From Camelus ferus (lineage: Eukaryota), in contig NC_045696.1 of assembly GCF_009834535.1 (NCBI RefSeq), forward strand, positions 106,146,001 through 106,210,000: DNA of 64,000 nucleotides. The letters run 5' to 3'. The position numbers were made by a program, and so were the translations under genes. Below are positions 12,539-24,254 of this stretch, piece after piece (positions within the stretch are counted from its first letter, which is position 1; every line of letters starts with the position of its first letter). A model generated the notes under the pieces. It searched no databases and was not told the origin of the DNA. It worked only from the letters and a program-made list of their open reading frames with translations.

Positions 12539-12859
12539 TTTTTTTAACATTTTTTATTGATTTATAATCATTTTACAATGTTGTGTCAAATTCCAGTGTT
12601 CAGCACAATTTTTCAGTTATTCATGGACATATACACACTCATTGTCACATTTTTTTTCTCTGTGAGTTATCATAACATTTTGTGTATATTTCCCTGTGCT
12701 ATACAGTGTAGTCTATTCTACAATTTTGAAATCCCAGTCTATCCCTTCCCACCCTCCACCCCCCTGGTAACCACAAGTCTGTATTCTCTGTCTGTGAGTC
12801 TATTTCTGTCCTATATTTACGCTTTGTTTTTGTTTGTTTGTTTGTTTTTGTTTTTGTTT
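12539..12859 (-). mobile_element. Young lineage-specific 5'-truncated L1 3' end with TSD
   Basis: Minus strand ...cttgtggttaccaggggg...ctgtatagcacagggaa...aataaaaaatgttaaaaa. Exact 16-bp TSD ttctttcctttatctt at 12523-12538 and 12860-12875. Confidence 0.85.
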
Positions 12860-12969
12860 TTCTTTCCTTTATCTTATGATCTGTGAAAAATGGGTTCCTT
12901 TCATCTTCCAAAAAGAGGTTCTGCTCCCCTAATCTGGTGTTTAATTCCACTTTTGTCTTTGGCTTTTCT

Positions 12970-13092
12970 GTTCTTTCATTCACTAAGCATTCACTGAGGG
13001 TCTTCTACGTGCCTGGCATTATACAGAACATAGGAGATACAGCAGTGAATAAAACAGACAGAACTCCTGCCTTGCGAAGCTTATGTTCTAAT
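12970..13092 (-). mobile_element. L2 3' end
   Basis: tcattcactaagcattcactgag...gtgcctggcatt...ggagatacagcagtgaataaaacagac, the reverse complement of the L2 tail. Confidence 0.7.
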
Positions 13093-13879
13093 TTTGTTTT
13101 TCTAGCTTGGTTGACTAAAAATATATAAATATATAAATAAATATATACTAATTTTTTTCTAACCTATTCCCCTCTACTCTTTAGGGGCCTAAAATAATTT
13201 TGAGCTTCTTCCTGTGGCTAGATGCAGGCACTCTCTCCTCTGATCTCAGATAGCGATCCTAGTTATCGGCAGAGGATCTCTATCCAGCATCTTTGCACGA
13301 TGTCCTCAGAAACCAGTCATTCTGTTTCACATGCAGTTTGTGTTTCTTTGATCTGAGATCTTTTGTCAGCTCCAGTCCTGTTACCCTACTGGAGATCGCT
13401 CCTCATGTTCCTGCCTGGGTGACACCCAGGACACAGGATCATGTCCCACAGATCCTCCCAGGACTGGCAGATGCAGGAAGGAGTAGCAGAAGTGCCTGCT
13501 GTGGAAGGCCCCTGGCCTCCCAGGTCGTCCATACTGACACTGCAGCTCGACTCCACTTGGGGGTCTGTCACGGCCACTACAATCACCACTAAGTAATGCA
13601 TGCCAGTGCTAGCCAAGGAGCAAATCTGGCTTTGCAGGAACAGGAACTGAGTGAGACAAGGACAATCCCTTCTGTCCTCACCGTCCTTCTGGAAAACTAG
13701 CAGACTGTCCAGCTCACATCTCCACACTGGCAGCAGTCCTACCTCCAGCCCCTCAGCTTCAACCCAGTGATTCGACAGTTCATATTAAATTGCCTTAATA
13801 ATTATAGAACCTTAAAATGTTCTTTCTTTTCTCAATCAGTTCTGTTTTCAAAATTAAGTGTGAGGTAGTTTTCAAGGAA

Positions 13880-14320
13880 TTCTTCAATTTAACATAAATT
13901 TTAAAATGTATTAGCATAGAAGTGTTTATAATCTTATTTTTTTTAAATGTCTGTAGGATCTGTAATAATATTCCTTTTAAATTCTTGTCATAAGTACTTT
14001 TTATTTTCTCTTTTTGTCTCCTTAATCAGTCTTGTTAGGGGTTTATCAACTTTATTAATCTTTTCCAATAACCAACTTTGGGCTTCAATTTTTTCTTTAT
14101 TGTATGTCTGCTTCTTATTTCAATGATTCTGTTTCTGTCTTATTTCCATTCTTCTACTTTCTTTGGGTACTTTGCTTGGTTTTCTTCCTTTTAGCTAGCT
14201 TCTTGAGATACACATTAAGACAATTAATTTCAATCTCTTTTCTCTTATAATATATGCATTTAGAGTTATGGATTTCCCTCGAAGCACAGCTGCGACTGCA
14301 TCCTATAAGGTTTTAAAATA
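13880..14320 (-). mobile_element. Old L1 ORF2 fragment
   Basis: T-rich; atcagtcttgttaggggtttatcaactttattaatcttttcca and atgcatttagagttatggatttccctc are antisense ORF2 motifs. Confidence 0.7.
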
Positions 14321-14399
14321 ACAAATTGCTAGCATTTATTCAGGTCATATTTTGTGCAAAGCACTGTATTGAAAGCTTTACAAGCATTCTCTTTCAATT

Positions 14400-14980
14400 T
14401 TATATATTTTTATTAAACATGATTTACAGGTAGTAAGATGCATAAATCTTAAAGGTACAGTTTAACAAATTTTTAACAATTATACGTCAGTGTGAACAGC
14501 AGATCCAGACATGGAACCTCTTTATCATTGCAGAAAGTTTCCTCATGCTTCTTCCCAGTGAATACCCATGTCCAGAGGTCACCACTCTTCTGCCTTCTAT
14601 TACCATTGATTACATGTGCCTGTTCTTGACTTTCATATAAATGAAGTCCAACAGTAGTCCAATAGTATGTGCACTTTGTGTGTGGCTTTTTGGCTCAACT
14701 TAATGTTTTAATATCAATCTGTGTTGTTGCATGCATATTTTTTAAAATGCCATGTAATATTGCATTGTATGGATATATACAATTTATTGGTCCATTCCTG
14801 AAGACAGAAATTTAGTGGGGTTTTTTGGGTTTTTTTTTAGTTTTTTGTTATGATAAATAAAACTGCTATGAAAATTCTTGCACATATTGTTAGATGGACA
14901 TATACTCTCTTGGTCTTGTGTGGAATGGCTTGGTAATGGGATATGTGAATTTTCAGTTATAGTAGATACTACCAATGTTT
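14400..14980 (-). mobile_element. Old L1 (L1MC/ME-like) 3' end
   Basis: aaatcttaaaggtacagtttaac...accactcttctgccttcta...cctgttcttgactttcatataaatgaa...aataaaactgctatgaaaattcttg. Confidence 0.7.
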
Positions 14981-15214
14981 CTAATATTTTAAATTACAAT
15001 GTACTAAATAAATATTCATTTTACTATTTTTCTCATTTCCTGACATATTTATAATTGACAGTATGGGAGATTTTAATGTTTTGTCAAACATTTTTTAAGG
15101 CCAGGGAAAAATCAAAATTTTCCCATTGATTATTATTATTAAGTTCACTACGAACAGTTTCAGCTTGTCCCACACTGCTGTGCACAGTATGGACTGCCTG
15201 TATTTATCATAACA

Positions 15215-15418
15215 CACACACAAGAGTGATAGCCTATCACCTTCGCCATATTCTGTTGGCTGGGAGCAAGTCACTGGTCTCACTTACTCCAGGGCTGGGG
15301 TGGAGGAGTTGGGGAGTAGAGGCGCGTTGAGAAGGTGGAGGGGTGGGGGCAGACCGGATTATACAAGGCTTAACACCAGAGAGCAGAGACCATGGAGGCC
15401 ATTTCAGAATTCTGCATC
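15215..15418 (-). mobile_element. MaLR LTR fragment (older MLT1)
   Basis: catattctgttggctgggagcaagtcac...acaaggcttaacaccag...ccatggaggccatttcagaa. Confidence 0.55.
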
Positions 15419-15419
15419 T

Positions 15420-16560
15420 TGACATTATTGAGTTTTCCAACCCATGAATATATGAATATGTTATATTCCTTCATTTATTAAGAGTTTTTGTAGTTTGTAG
15501 GTTGGTTTTGTTTGTTTGGGACAAGGTAGCGTTCAGAATAGAGAACGTGAACAATTTTTTAAAGAGCTTTCCTAGGTTTTAAGTATTTTTGATGCTATGG
15601 TAAAGAGTGTTGATTTTTAAATTTTATTTTCTAGTACTTTGTGGTTAGCATATAGAAATGCAATTGATTTTTGTATATTGACTTCACTAAATTGTATTCA
15701 CTAAATTAACTTATTAGTTTGCCTGTAGACTCTTTTAAATGTTCCAAAAATACAATCACATTATCTGCCATTAAGCACATTTTTACTTCTTACTTTTTGA
15801 TCTTTGTTTCATTACCTTTTTGGAATGGCTAGGACCTTCAGTACGAGGTTGAATAGAATGAAAGCAAAATCTTTGTTTTCTTCCTAATGTTAGAGGGAAA
15901 GCGTTCAACAGTTTAACATTATGCATGATTTAACCATAACTCTTTAAAAATGTCCTTCATCAGATTAAGAAACTTGCCCTTATATATTAGTTTGCTGAGT
16001 TTGATGGTGAATTTGAGTAAATGCTTTTCTGAATCTGTGGAGATAATCATACAGTCCTCCCCTCATTCTGTTAATGCAGCAAATTATGGATTTTGAAGCT
16101 CTGATATAAGGCACATATGCATTTATAATTGTCTCAATGAATTCACCACTTTACTATTATAAAACGTCTGTTTATCTCTGATAGTTCTCCTTGTCTTAAA
16201 TATGAATCTAACCCCTCCAGCTTTCTTGTGCTGTTTCTTGTTGTTTGTGTAATGTATCTCTTTCCATCTTTTTACTTCCAACTTATCTGTGTTCTTATAT
16301 TTATTTATTTTTCCACTGTTCTATACAGTATGACCTTGTTGTGTTCTTCTATTTAAAGTGTGCCTCTTATATACATAAACTGATATTATATACATAAAAT
16401 TGGGTCATTGAAAAAACTAATCAGGAATCTCTGTCCTTAATTGCAGTGTTCAGTCCTTTTGTGTTTAGGTGGTAACTGAGATGTTTGGGTTTAAGTTTTC
16501 TGTACTACCCTTTGTTTTCGATTTGTTCCATCTGGTTTTTTATTCCATTTTCTTCCTTTT
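15420..16560 (-). mobile_element. L1 ORF2 fragments (endonuclease start joined directly to RT region)
   Basis: 16560-16090 resembles the ORF2 start (endonuclease). 16085-15420 resembles the RT region (atgattatctccacagattcagaaaagcatt, gttgaacgctttccctctaacattagg). Confidence 0.75.
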
Positions 16561-16564
16561 CTAC

Positions 16565-17750
16565 CATTAAAAAAATTAAGCAAAGGGAGAACTGACAATG
16601 CTTCAATCATAATTGAAAATTTTAATCCTCCTCCCTCAGCAATTGCTAGAACTAGACATAAAATCAGTGAAGACACAGGAGATCTGAACAACACTATTAC
16701 ACTTTGACTTAACTGATAACCTGCAGAACACTGCACCACAAAATAGCTGATTATTTACTTTGAGTGTACCTGGTACACCATATGCTAGGCAATAAAATTA
16801 GAAGGATTGAAATTATACAGAGTATGTTCTCTGGCCACAGTGGAATCAAATCAGAGCTTAGTAACAATAAAATTACTAGAAAAGCCTGAAATATTTGGAA
16901 ATTAAAAAACACTTCTGTATAATGCACGAGTCAAAAACATCACAAGGGAAATTGGATAATATTTTAAGTTAATAATAAAGAAAATACAACACATCAAATT
17001 TTGTGAGATGCAGCTAATTAAGAGGAAAATTCATAGCTTTAAATGCTTATATCAGAAAGAAGAAAAATCCAAAGCCAATGATCTGTGTCTCTACCTCAAG
17101 AAATTGGAAAAAAGAAGTGCACATTAGAACCTAAAGTAAGTAGAAGGAAGGAAATTATAAAGACAAGTCTAATAATTAATGAAATGGAACACAGACCAAC
17201 AATAGTGAAAAATCAATGAAACCAAAACCTGGTTCTTTTAAAATGTCAATACAATTGTTAAGTTTTAGCTAAACTGACAAAGGAAAAAAAGAAAGAAGAC
17301 ATAAAATATTAATATTAGGAATGAAAGAGGGGGCATCAGTGTAATCTCTAGAGACAGTGAAAGGATAGTAAGGGGACAGAATCGTATGAACAACCTTACG
17401 CCCCCAAACTGGACAATCTAGATGAAACGGACAACTTCCCGCAAAGACAAAAACTACCAAAACTGGTACAAAAAGAAACAGGAAATTTGGATAGCCCTAT
17501 GTTAACTTCAAACATTGAATCCTTAGTTCAAAACTTCCCACAAAGGAAACTTCAGGCCCAGAAGGCTTCACTGATGGATTCTATGTAACATTTTACAAAT
17601 AAAAACCAATCCTATACAAACTCCTTTTGAAAGTGAGAAGTATGGAACCTTTCCCAATTCATTTACAAAGCCGGTACTACCACAATACTAAAATCAGATA
17701 AGATACTACAAGAAAAGTCCCCTAGTCCTCATAAATATAGATGCAAATTT
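16565..17750 (+). mobile_element. L1 ORF2 fragment (endonuclease C-terminal part to pre-RT)
   Basis: A-rich; gatctgaacaacac, gtatgttctctggccacagtggaatcaaa, caggcccagaaggcttcactg, ataaatatagatgcaaa. Confidence 0.85.
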
Positions 17751-18567
17751 AAGGAAAGTTAAATTTAATACCCATGTATGTATCTCTAAACTTCTATCAG
17801 TAAGTATGTCTTGAAAGATACGTGGGATGGATGATGTTTACTAATATTACTGATGATTGTTTATGGCTGACGGTTACAAAAAGCTTAATGGTTTTACTTT
17901 TCTGCATTGTTTGAATTTAACAAACATGATTATGCAGCAGAATAATTATTCTTAGAAAAAACAGTAAGCAAATATGTTCTATTACTAGTTCTGGGTTATG
18001 GGAGTATGAATGATTTGTATTTTTCTTTGTACATTTCTAAATTTTTAAAATAAAAATAGACATTAGTGGCTAGTTTACAGTATACAGTCTTTAAAGTTTT
18101 AGGTGGTTTCTTTCTATTTCTATTTTATCCAGGGTTTTCTATTGGGAATGTGCCTGGAATTTTAGCAAATGTCCTCTAGGCATCTACAGATATGATCACA
18201 TGGCTTTTAACTTTCCCTACTACTGAGGCACACTCGCATTCCTGGTGGAACAGTTGATTGCACAAACATCTGCTCAGTAAGGTACAAGCAGAAAGCAAAC
18301 TTTTTCCACTGTCCTTTAAGGCCCACTCTCTGGGTCTGCTCATCCTCACTCTGGAGGAAATCCTGGACAGCTTGCAGCTTTTCCAATTGTTTTCAGTCTA
18401 AGAACAGTTTCATTTTAGTAATTAAAAAAAGCGCTAGTCAATCCAATATTTGAAACTCCAACCGTTTCTCTAATTTAAATGTCTCCTCTCCTTGAGCTCT
18501 GCCTCTGACTGGGAAATCTGTGACGGGGGTAGAGGTTCCACTTCTTTCCCAAGTGCTGTTTTGGGAG

Positions 18568-19065
18568 CTGGATTAGTCCGGGTTCTTCAGAGAGATAGAT
18601 CCAATAGGATATCTATATGTATATCTATATCTATATTGGAATAAATTTTATAAGGAATTGACTCACAGGATTCTGGAAGCAGAGAAGCCCCCCACCTGGG
18701 TCTGCAAGCTGGAGACCCAGGAGAGCTGGTGGTGTGAGTCAGTCTTGGGTCCAAAGGCCTGAGAACCAGGGGAGCCGACGGGATAATTCCTAGTCGGAGG
18801 GCAGGAGAAGCCTGATGATCTCAGTTCAAGCAGTTGAGAGTGAATCTCCCTTCCTCCATCTTTACGTTCTATTTAGGTCCTCAGTGGAGTGATGAGGCCT
18901 CATCCACACTGGGAGGGCCATTGTCTTTACTCAGTCCACTGACTCAAGTGCTGGTCTCATCCAGAAGTCCCCTTACACACACACACAGACACACAGAATC
19001 ATGTGTAACCAGCTACCTGGGCACCCCATGGTCCAGTCAAGTTGACACATAAACTTACCCAACAC
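18568..19065 (-). mobile_element. ERVL solo LTR (MLT2-type)
   Basis: attagtccgggttcttcagagagatagatccaatagga...gcaagctggagacccaggagagctggtggtg...gtccagtcaagttgacacataaa. Confidence 0.85.
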
Positions 19066-19699
19066 AGGGGCCTCTGGAGAAGAGCAGGGACAAGGAGCAG
19101 GAAGGTGATACTAGTTTGGTGCATCGTCACCCAGCACTGGTGCCCTTGGGATGTGTTGCGCTTCCAGTGACTGAGGGGGGCTTGCTCCCCCGACACTGAG
19201 GCTCTCTCCTGTGGAGACTGTGACCCAGGCAATGCCTCCTCGAGTTGGCAGTGTCGACTTCCCCCGTCAGCCCCCAGTTGGGGGACTCTTTGTTCAACTC
19301 CACCCTCTGCATGGGGTCCACCTCTGGCTCACAGGAAGGACGCACATGCCATTGCTGAAGGCCTGAAGTGCAGGCGTCTCTTAGGATAACCTGCTGTCAG
19401 ACCAGGGCAGCTCCAGCTAGCCCCTGATCGTGAGTCTTTACGGGTCCCGCAGGTTTCAGGAGCCCCGCCGTTGACTCGAGGTGCAAGGCCAGGTGGGGGT
19501 ACGTTCATGACAACACTCACTTTCCAAACATCTCCTCACTCCTGCTCCTCAGCCCTTCAGGGAAACCTCATGGTCTGGAGGATTCTCATGGGCTGGCGGA
19601 GGTCAGGTGACACCCTCAGGAAATGAGTGGGGATGACACCTGACGACTGTGCTCTTGCCTGGGGGGTTCTGCCCAAGCTCAGACATCAGGAGGTGCTGC

Positions 19700-20370
19700 T
19701 TTTAATATTCTTTACACTGGAATAAATCCTCCTGATCATGGCACAGAATTCTTTTTATCTATGACCAGATTTATTCGTATATTTTAATGTTTGCCCCTAT
19801 TTTCATACGTGAAATTTCTCACTTATTTTTTCGTACTAGCTTTACCTCTGATACTAGTGTATTTCTAGCTTTGTGAAATTACTTAGGGGCTTTTCTCTAG
19901 AGTTTCATACCATTTGAATAATAAGGAAATTGTTTATTTGGGGAAGTAAAACTGAGCCATAAAACCATCTTAGCATGGTGCCTTATAAAGTGATAAATCT
20001 TTAACAGTATTTTCAAGTTTTTCTATTGTTACTGAGTTGTTCAGAATTTTTCTTTCTTTTCTTTTCTTTCTTTTCTTTCTTTCTTTCTTTCTTTCTTTCT
20101 TTTCTTTCTTCCTTTCTTTCTTCCTTCTTCTTCCTTTCTCTCTCTCTCCTTTTTCTTCCTTCCTTCCTTTCTTTGTTTCTTCCAGAAGCAGAGAACAGCT
20201 TTATTCTTTGACCAAAGAATGGAGAGGAGCCAGCTCTCCCTAGAGCCCACACTCTACCCCCAAGTTTTCTACCTCTTTCTGAGTTATATTTGGCAATATA
20301 AACTTTGTCAGAAAATCATTCATTTTCTTTCTAGGCTTCACATTTATTGCCATGAAGTAGCCCATTAGGT
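19700..20370 (-). mobile_element. Very old L1 (L1ME-like) ORF2 fragment, interrupted by a microsatellite
   Basis: ctggaataaatcctcctgatcatgg, aatgtttgcccctattttcata, gtaaaactgagccataaaaccatct. Confidence 0.5.
20047..20180. repeat. (TTTC)n/(TTCC)n polypyrimidine microsatellite
   Basis: Read directly; ~130-bp pyrimidine tract. Confidence 0.92.
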
Positions 20371-20373
20371 TCT

Positions 20374-22233
20374 TGTGTTAGTTTCCTAGGGCTGCTGTAA
20401 TTAATTAACACAAACTGGGTGGCTTCAAACAACAGAAATTTACACAGGAAAGGAAACCGTAAACAAAATGAAAAGATGACCTATGGACTGGGAGAAAATA
20501 TTTGCAAACAATGTGACTGACAAGTGCTTTACTTCCATAATATACAAATAGCTTATACAAGTCAATAACAACAATAAAAACCCCAACAACCCAATCGAAA
20601 AAGCAGAAGACCTAAAGAGATATGTCTCCCAGGGAAGACATCCAGATGGCCAACAGGCCCATGAAAAGATGCTCAGTATCGCTAATTATCAGAGAAATGC
20701 AAATCAAAACTACAATGAGGTATCACCTCACACCAGTCAGAATGGCCATCATTAAAAAGTCCACAAACAATAAATACTGGAGAGGATGTAGAGAAAAGGG
20801 TACTCTCCCAATCTGTTGGTGGGAATGAAAATTGGTGCAGCCATTATGGAAAACAGTATGGAGATTCCTTAAAAAACTAAAAATGGACTTACCATATGAT
20901 CCAGCAATCCTACTCCTGGGCATAGATCCAGAGAAAACTCATATTCGAAAAGATATATGCACCTCAATGTTCATAGCAGCACTATTTACAATATCCAAGA
21001 CATGGAAACAACCTAATGATTGGATGATTGGATAAAGATGTGATCTATAAAAGGATACTATGAACTCATCTACAAAACAGAAACAGACTTGCAGATATAG
21101 TAGGCAATCTTATGGTTACCCAGGAAAGGGGGTAGGAAGGGATAAATTTGGGAGTTTGAGATTTACAAATGTTGGTCACTATATATAAAAATAGATTTAA
21201 AAAAAAAGTTTCTTCTGTATAGCACAGAGAACTATGTTCAATATCTTGTAATAACCTTTAATGAAAAAGAATATGAAAACGAATATATGTATGTCTATAC
21301 ATGACTGGGACATTGTGCTGTACACCAGAAATTGACACATTGTAACTGTACTTCAATAAAAAAGTGATATATGTATATAATATATACACAATGGAATACT
21401 ACTCAGCAGTAAAAAAGAATGAAATAATGCCATTTTGCAGCAACATGGATGGACCTGGAGGTCATCATTCTAAGTGAAGTCAGACAAAGACAAATACCAT
21501 ATGATACCACTTATGTGTGGAATCTAAAAATGACACAAGTGAGCTTATTTACAAAACAGAAACAGATTCACAGACATAGAAAACAAATGTATGGTTACCA
21601 AAGGGGAAAGAGGGGGAAGGGCTAAATGAGGAGCTGAGGATGAGCAGATACAAACTACTATATACAGAACAGACAAACAAGGTCCTACTGTATAGCACAG
21701 GGAGCTATATTCAATAGCTTGTAACAACCTATAATGATAAAGAATATATATATATATATGTATAACTCAATCACTATGCTGTACACCAGAAACTAACACA
21801 ACAGTGTAAATCAAATATACTTTGCAAAACAAACAAAAAAACCCAGAAATTTATTCTCTCCCAGTTCTGGAGGCCAGAAGTCTGGAATTAAGGTGTTGAC
21901 GGGACTGGTTCCTCCTGAGGCCCTGAGGGAGAGTCTGTTCCAGGCCCCTCTCCAGGCTTCTGGAGGCTCTCAGCAATTCTTGGCTCATAGAAGCATCTCT
22001 CTAATCTCTGCCTTGTCTTCACAGGGCCTCCCCACCTGTGTGTCTCTGATCTTGTCTCCTGGGGACACCAGATATTGAATTTAAGGGTCACCTTACATCC
22101 AGGACAATCTCATTACTAGATCTTTAATTAATTATGTCTGCAAAGACCCTAATTCTAAATAAAATCACGTTCACAGGTACTGGAGTTTAAGACTTTGGCA
22201 TCTCTTTTTGGAGCCACTGTTCAACCCACTACA
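20374..22233 (-). mobile_element. MLT1 (MLT1C-like) solo LTR split by an L1 (pieces 20374-20442 and 21844-22233)
   Basis: tgtgttagtttcctagggctgctgtaa...aaacaacagaaattta resumes as cagaaatttattctctcccagttctggaggccagaagtc and ends caacccactaca. Confidence 0.85.
20443..21843 (+). mobile_element. 5'-truncated L1 (ORF2 C-terminus plus 3'UTR) with a second L1 3' end nested at ~21045-21362
   Basis: ORFs give [14 protein letters not shown]...[21 protein letters not shown] and [28 protein letters not shown] cagaaattta at 20433-20442 and 21844-21853. The 3'UTR motif acaaaacagaaacaga...atggttacc occurs twice. Confidence 0.92.
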
Positions 22234-23084
22234 CTTCTGCTTAGAGAATCATGAGAACTGGGTTGAGGGTTTTCGAGAAACATACACATTTATTTGTAAT
22301 TAAAATGTAAAAAAAATTTTTTTTCTTTTTAGCTTCCAGCATCCTTAGGAGAGCCTTGTCTCCCTGATGCCACCAAGTCAATTTTCACAGGAAAAAAGTC
22401 TGTGTTTCTCACCACGTGTCAGGAATTTGGGTGACAATGCTGAGTTCTAGGAAATTCTCTTAGAGGTGACCAGGAGGGAAAGGTGTGGACAGCTCACATT
22501 TTCTATTTGGCTATTAGGGATCGTGAGCTTCCTAGAATGAGGGAGTGAGAGGTACAGACCCACTCCTCCTGGCAGCAGTCCGCTCCCCTCCCAGGCCTGG
22601 CATCCCAAGGGTGGGGGCCCCCAACATCACGGGGGGGCCGGTTGGGTGAGAGCAGGGCATGCGCCTCCTCCCCTTCACGCTGTCACAGGTCACCTCCACG
22701 TCTCCCTGCAGCCTCCCCTGGCCTCAGAGGAGAAAAACAGCATAGCTGCTGGAACAGAGAGAGATCATGAAATCTGATCATCTGTGAAGTTGGCTGTCAG
22801 AAGTCAGGGTTATATTTGCTAAGCAACCATCATGAAAACATTACACATTTTCATCAAGATAAAAACTAAGACCACGATAGCTCTGAGCACCATCATATGG
22901 GAAGGTACCTATAAGAACGCTGGCAGAGGGTGTGGCACACAAACCACCAGCCACACCGTTGACCAAATACTTCAGCCCCTGGGAAATTATGAATTAGACC
23001 CACCCACCTGAGCTCTGGAGAGAGATTGGCGACATCTGCGGAGGGGGTTCCTGCAGCCACAGAAGAGGGGAGAGTGCAGGCCAG

Positions 23085-23262
23085 TCGTCTCAAACGTCCC
23101 CACGCAGCAGAACCACCTGGAGGACTTGTTAAACACGGGTTGCTGATCCCCCAGCCCAGAGTCTCCGATTCAGGAGGTCTGGGGAGGGGGGAAGAATTTG
23201 TCTTTTTTACAAGTTCCCAATGTGATGTGTATTGTCCTAGGACCAGACCTTGAGGGCCACTG
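23085..23262. mobile_element. MER5A-like DNA transposon
   Basis: ctcaaac...gaaccacctggaggacttgttaaacac...ccccagcccagagtctccgattcaggaggtctggg...aagttccca. Confidence 0.7.
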
Positions 23263-23734
23263 GCCCAGGTGGAGCTTTGGAAGCTCCCGTTTATAAGCCC
23301 CGTCTGTGACTGAGGCCAGAGGTCTTCACACCACATTTTGTGAAATGTTGGTTGCATATGGATGTGTACTTGCTGCGGTCCAGTGCCTGGGTCCCCAGGG
23401 TGTACATTACCTGGGGTACAAGCAGCCCTTCTGGAAGGCAGGAAGTCCCAGAGGGCAGGGGTGAGAGCAGGGGCAGGCGGCACAGGGGTCTGACCTTTGA
23501 CATCCCAGGACTCCTAGGGAGCCAGAGGTCTTCTCTACAAACCCTGGGAGGAGGCTGGAAAGGGACCCATCCACTCTGCGATGGTGCCACCTGGTGGACA
23601 AAAGGGACACTGGTCCAGCTTCCCTGTGTTCTACGAGCTGGCCAGGGGAACCTTAAACTGGGATAGCCCGTACCCACTGGGTAGTAGTGCTGCTACTGCT
23701 ACAAAACAGTGCTGGTCGTGCTAAGAACAGCAGC

Positions 23735-23935
23735 TCTGAAGCACTGAGAACATTCTCTGCATATGCCAGACACAGGGCGTTCTAAGCTCTTTGAATGCAT
23801 CAACTCATTTAATCCTCACAACAGTAGATTAAGTACTCCTGTGAGCCCATTTTCCAAACGAGGGACACAGGCCCGCAGAGTACGAATAACTTCCCGAGGC
23901 CACATCGTTAGTGAGGAAGTGTCCTTGGATCCCAG
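23735..23935 (-). mobile_element. MIR SINE
   Basis: tgccagacacagg...aactcatttaatcctcacaac...cccattttccaaacgagggacacaggc. Confidence 0.65.
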
Positions 23936-24254
23936 TCTGGGGTTGGCAAAGAGGACACACGCAGGGTCCTGGCTTTGCCACTCAGGCCTGTGAGGCCTGG
24001 AGAGAGTTATTTGTCTCTGAAGCTCAGGTTCCTCAGCGGAGAGGAGTTTAACATCCTCCTCCTGGGTCGCGGTAGGGGGTGCAGTGAGGGGTGCAGCCCA
24101 GGGGGCGCTGTTCACACATGTGCCTTGTGGGTGGTGCCCCACTCTGCGTAGCACCCCGCTGCCCAGCACAGAGCAGGCCCTCAATGAGGGGCACTGCAGC
24201 CCCTGGCCTGACAGGAAGAGGCATCTTTGGCAGTAAATCCCCAGCCTTTGGTCC

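Larger units (their letters stand above)
11651..13623. repeat. Inverted repeat pair, ~86-bp arms (11651-11735 and 13538-13623)
   Basis: Manual alignment of arm 2 to the reverse complement of arm 1 gives 7 mismatches plus 1 gap over 86 columns. Confidence 0.88.

Noticed and set aside
20013..20252. Lys/Glu/Arg-rich and Phe/Ser-rich ORFs
   Set aside because: Translations of the (TTTC)n microsatellite.
23026..23253. ORF annotated MATSAEGVP..., resembling the M-Ras start MATSAVP
   Set aside because: Wrong strand and position, starts at TTG, and runs into a MER5A. Coincidental.
22893..23483. 196-aa ORF, and similar 150-195 aa ORFs at 23816, 51121 and 53964
   Set aside because: They overlap MER5, MIR, L1 or low-complexity sequence, mostly have non-ATG starts, and show no homology I recognise.
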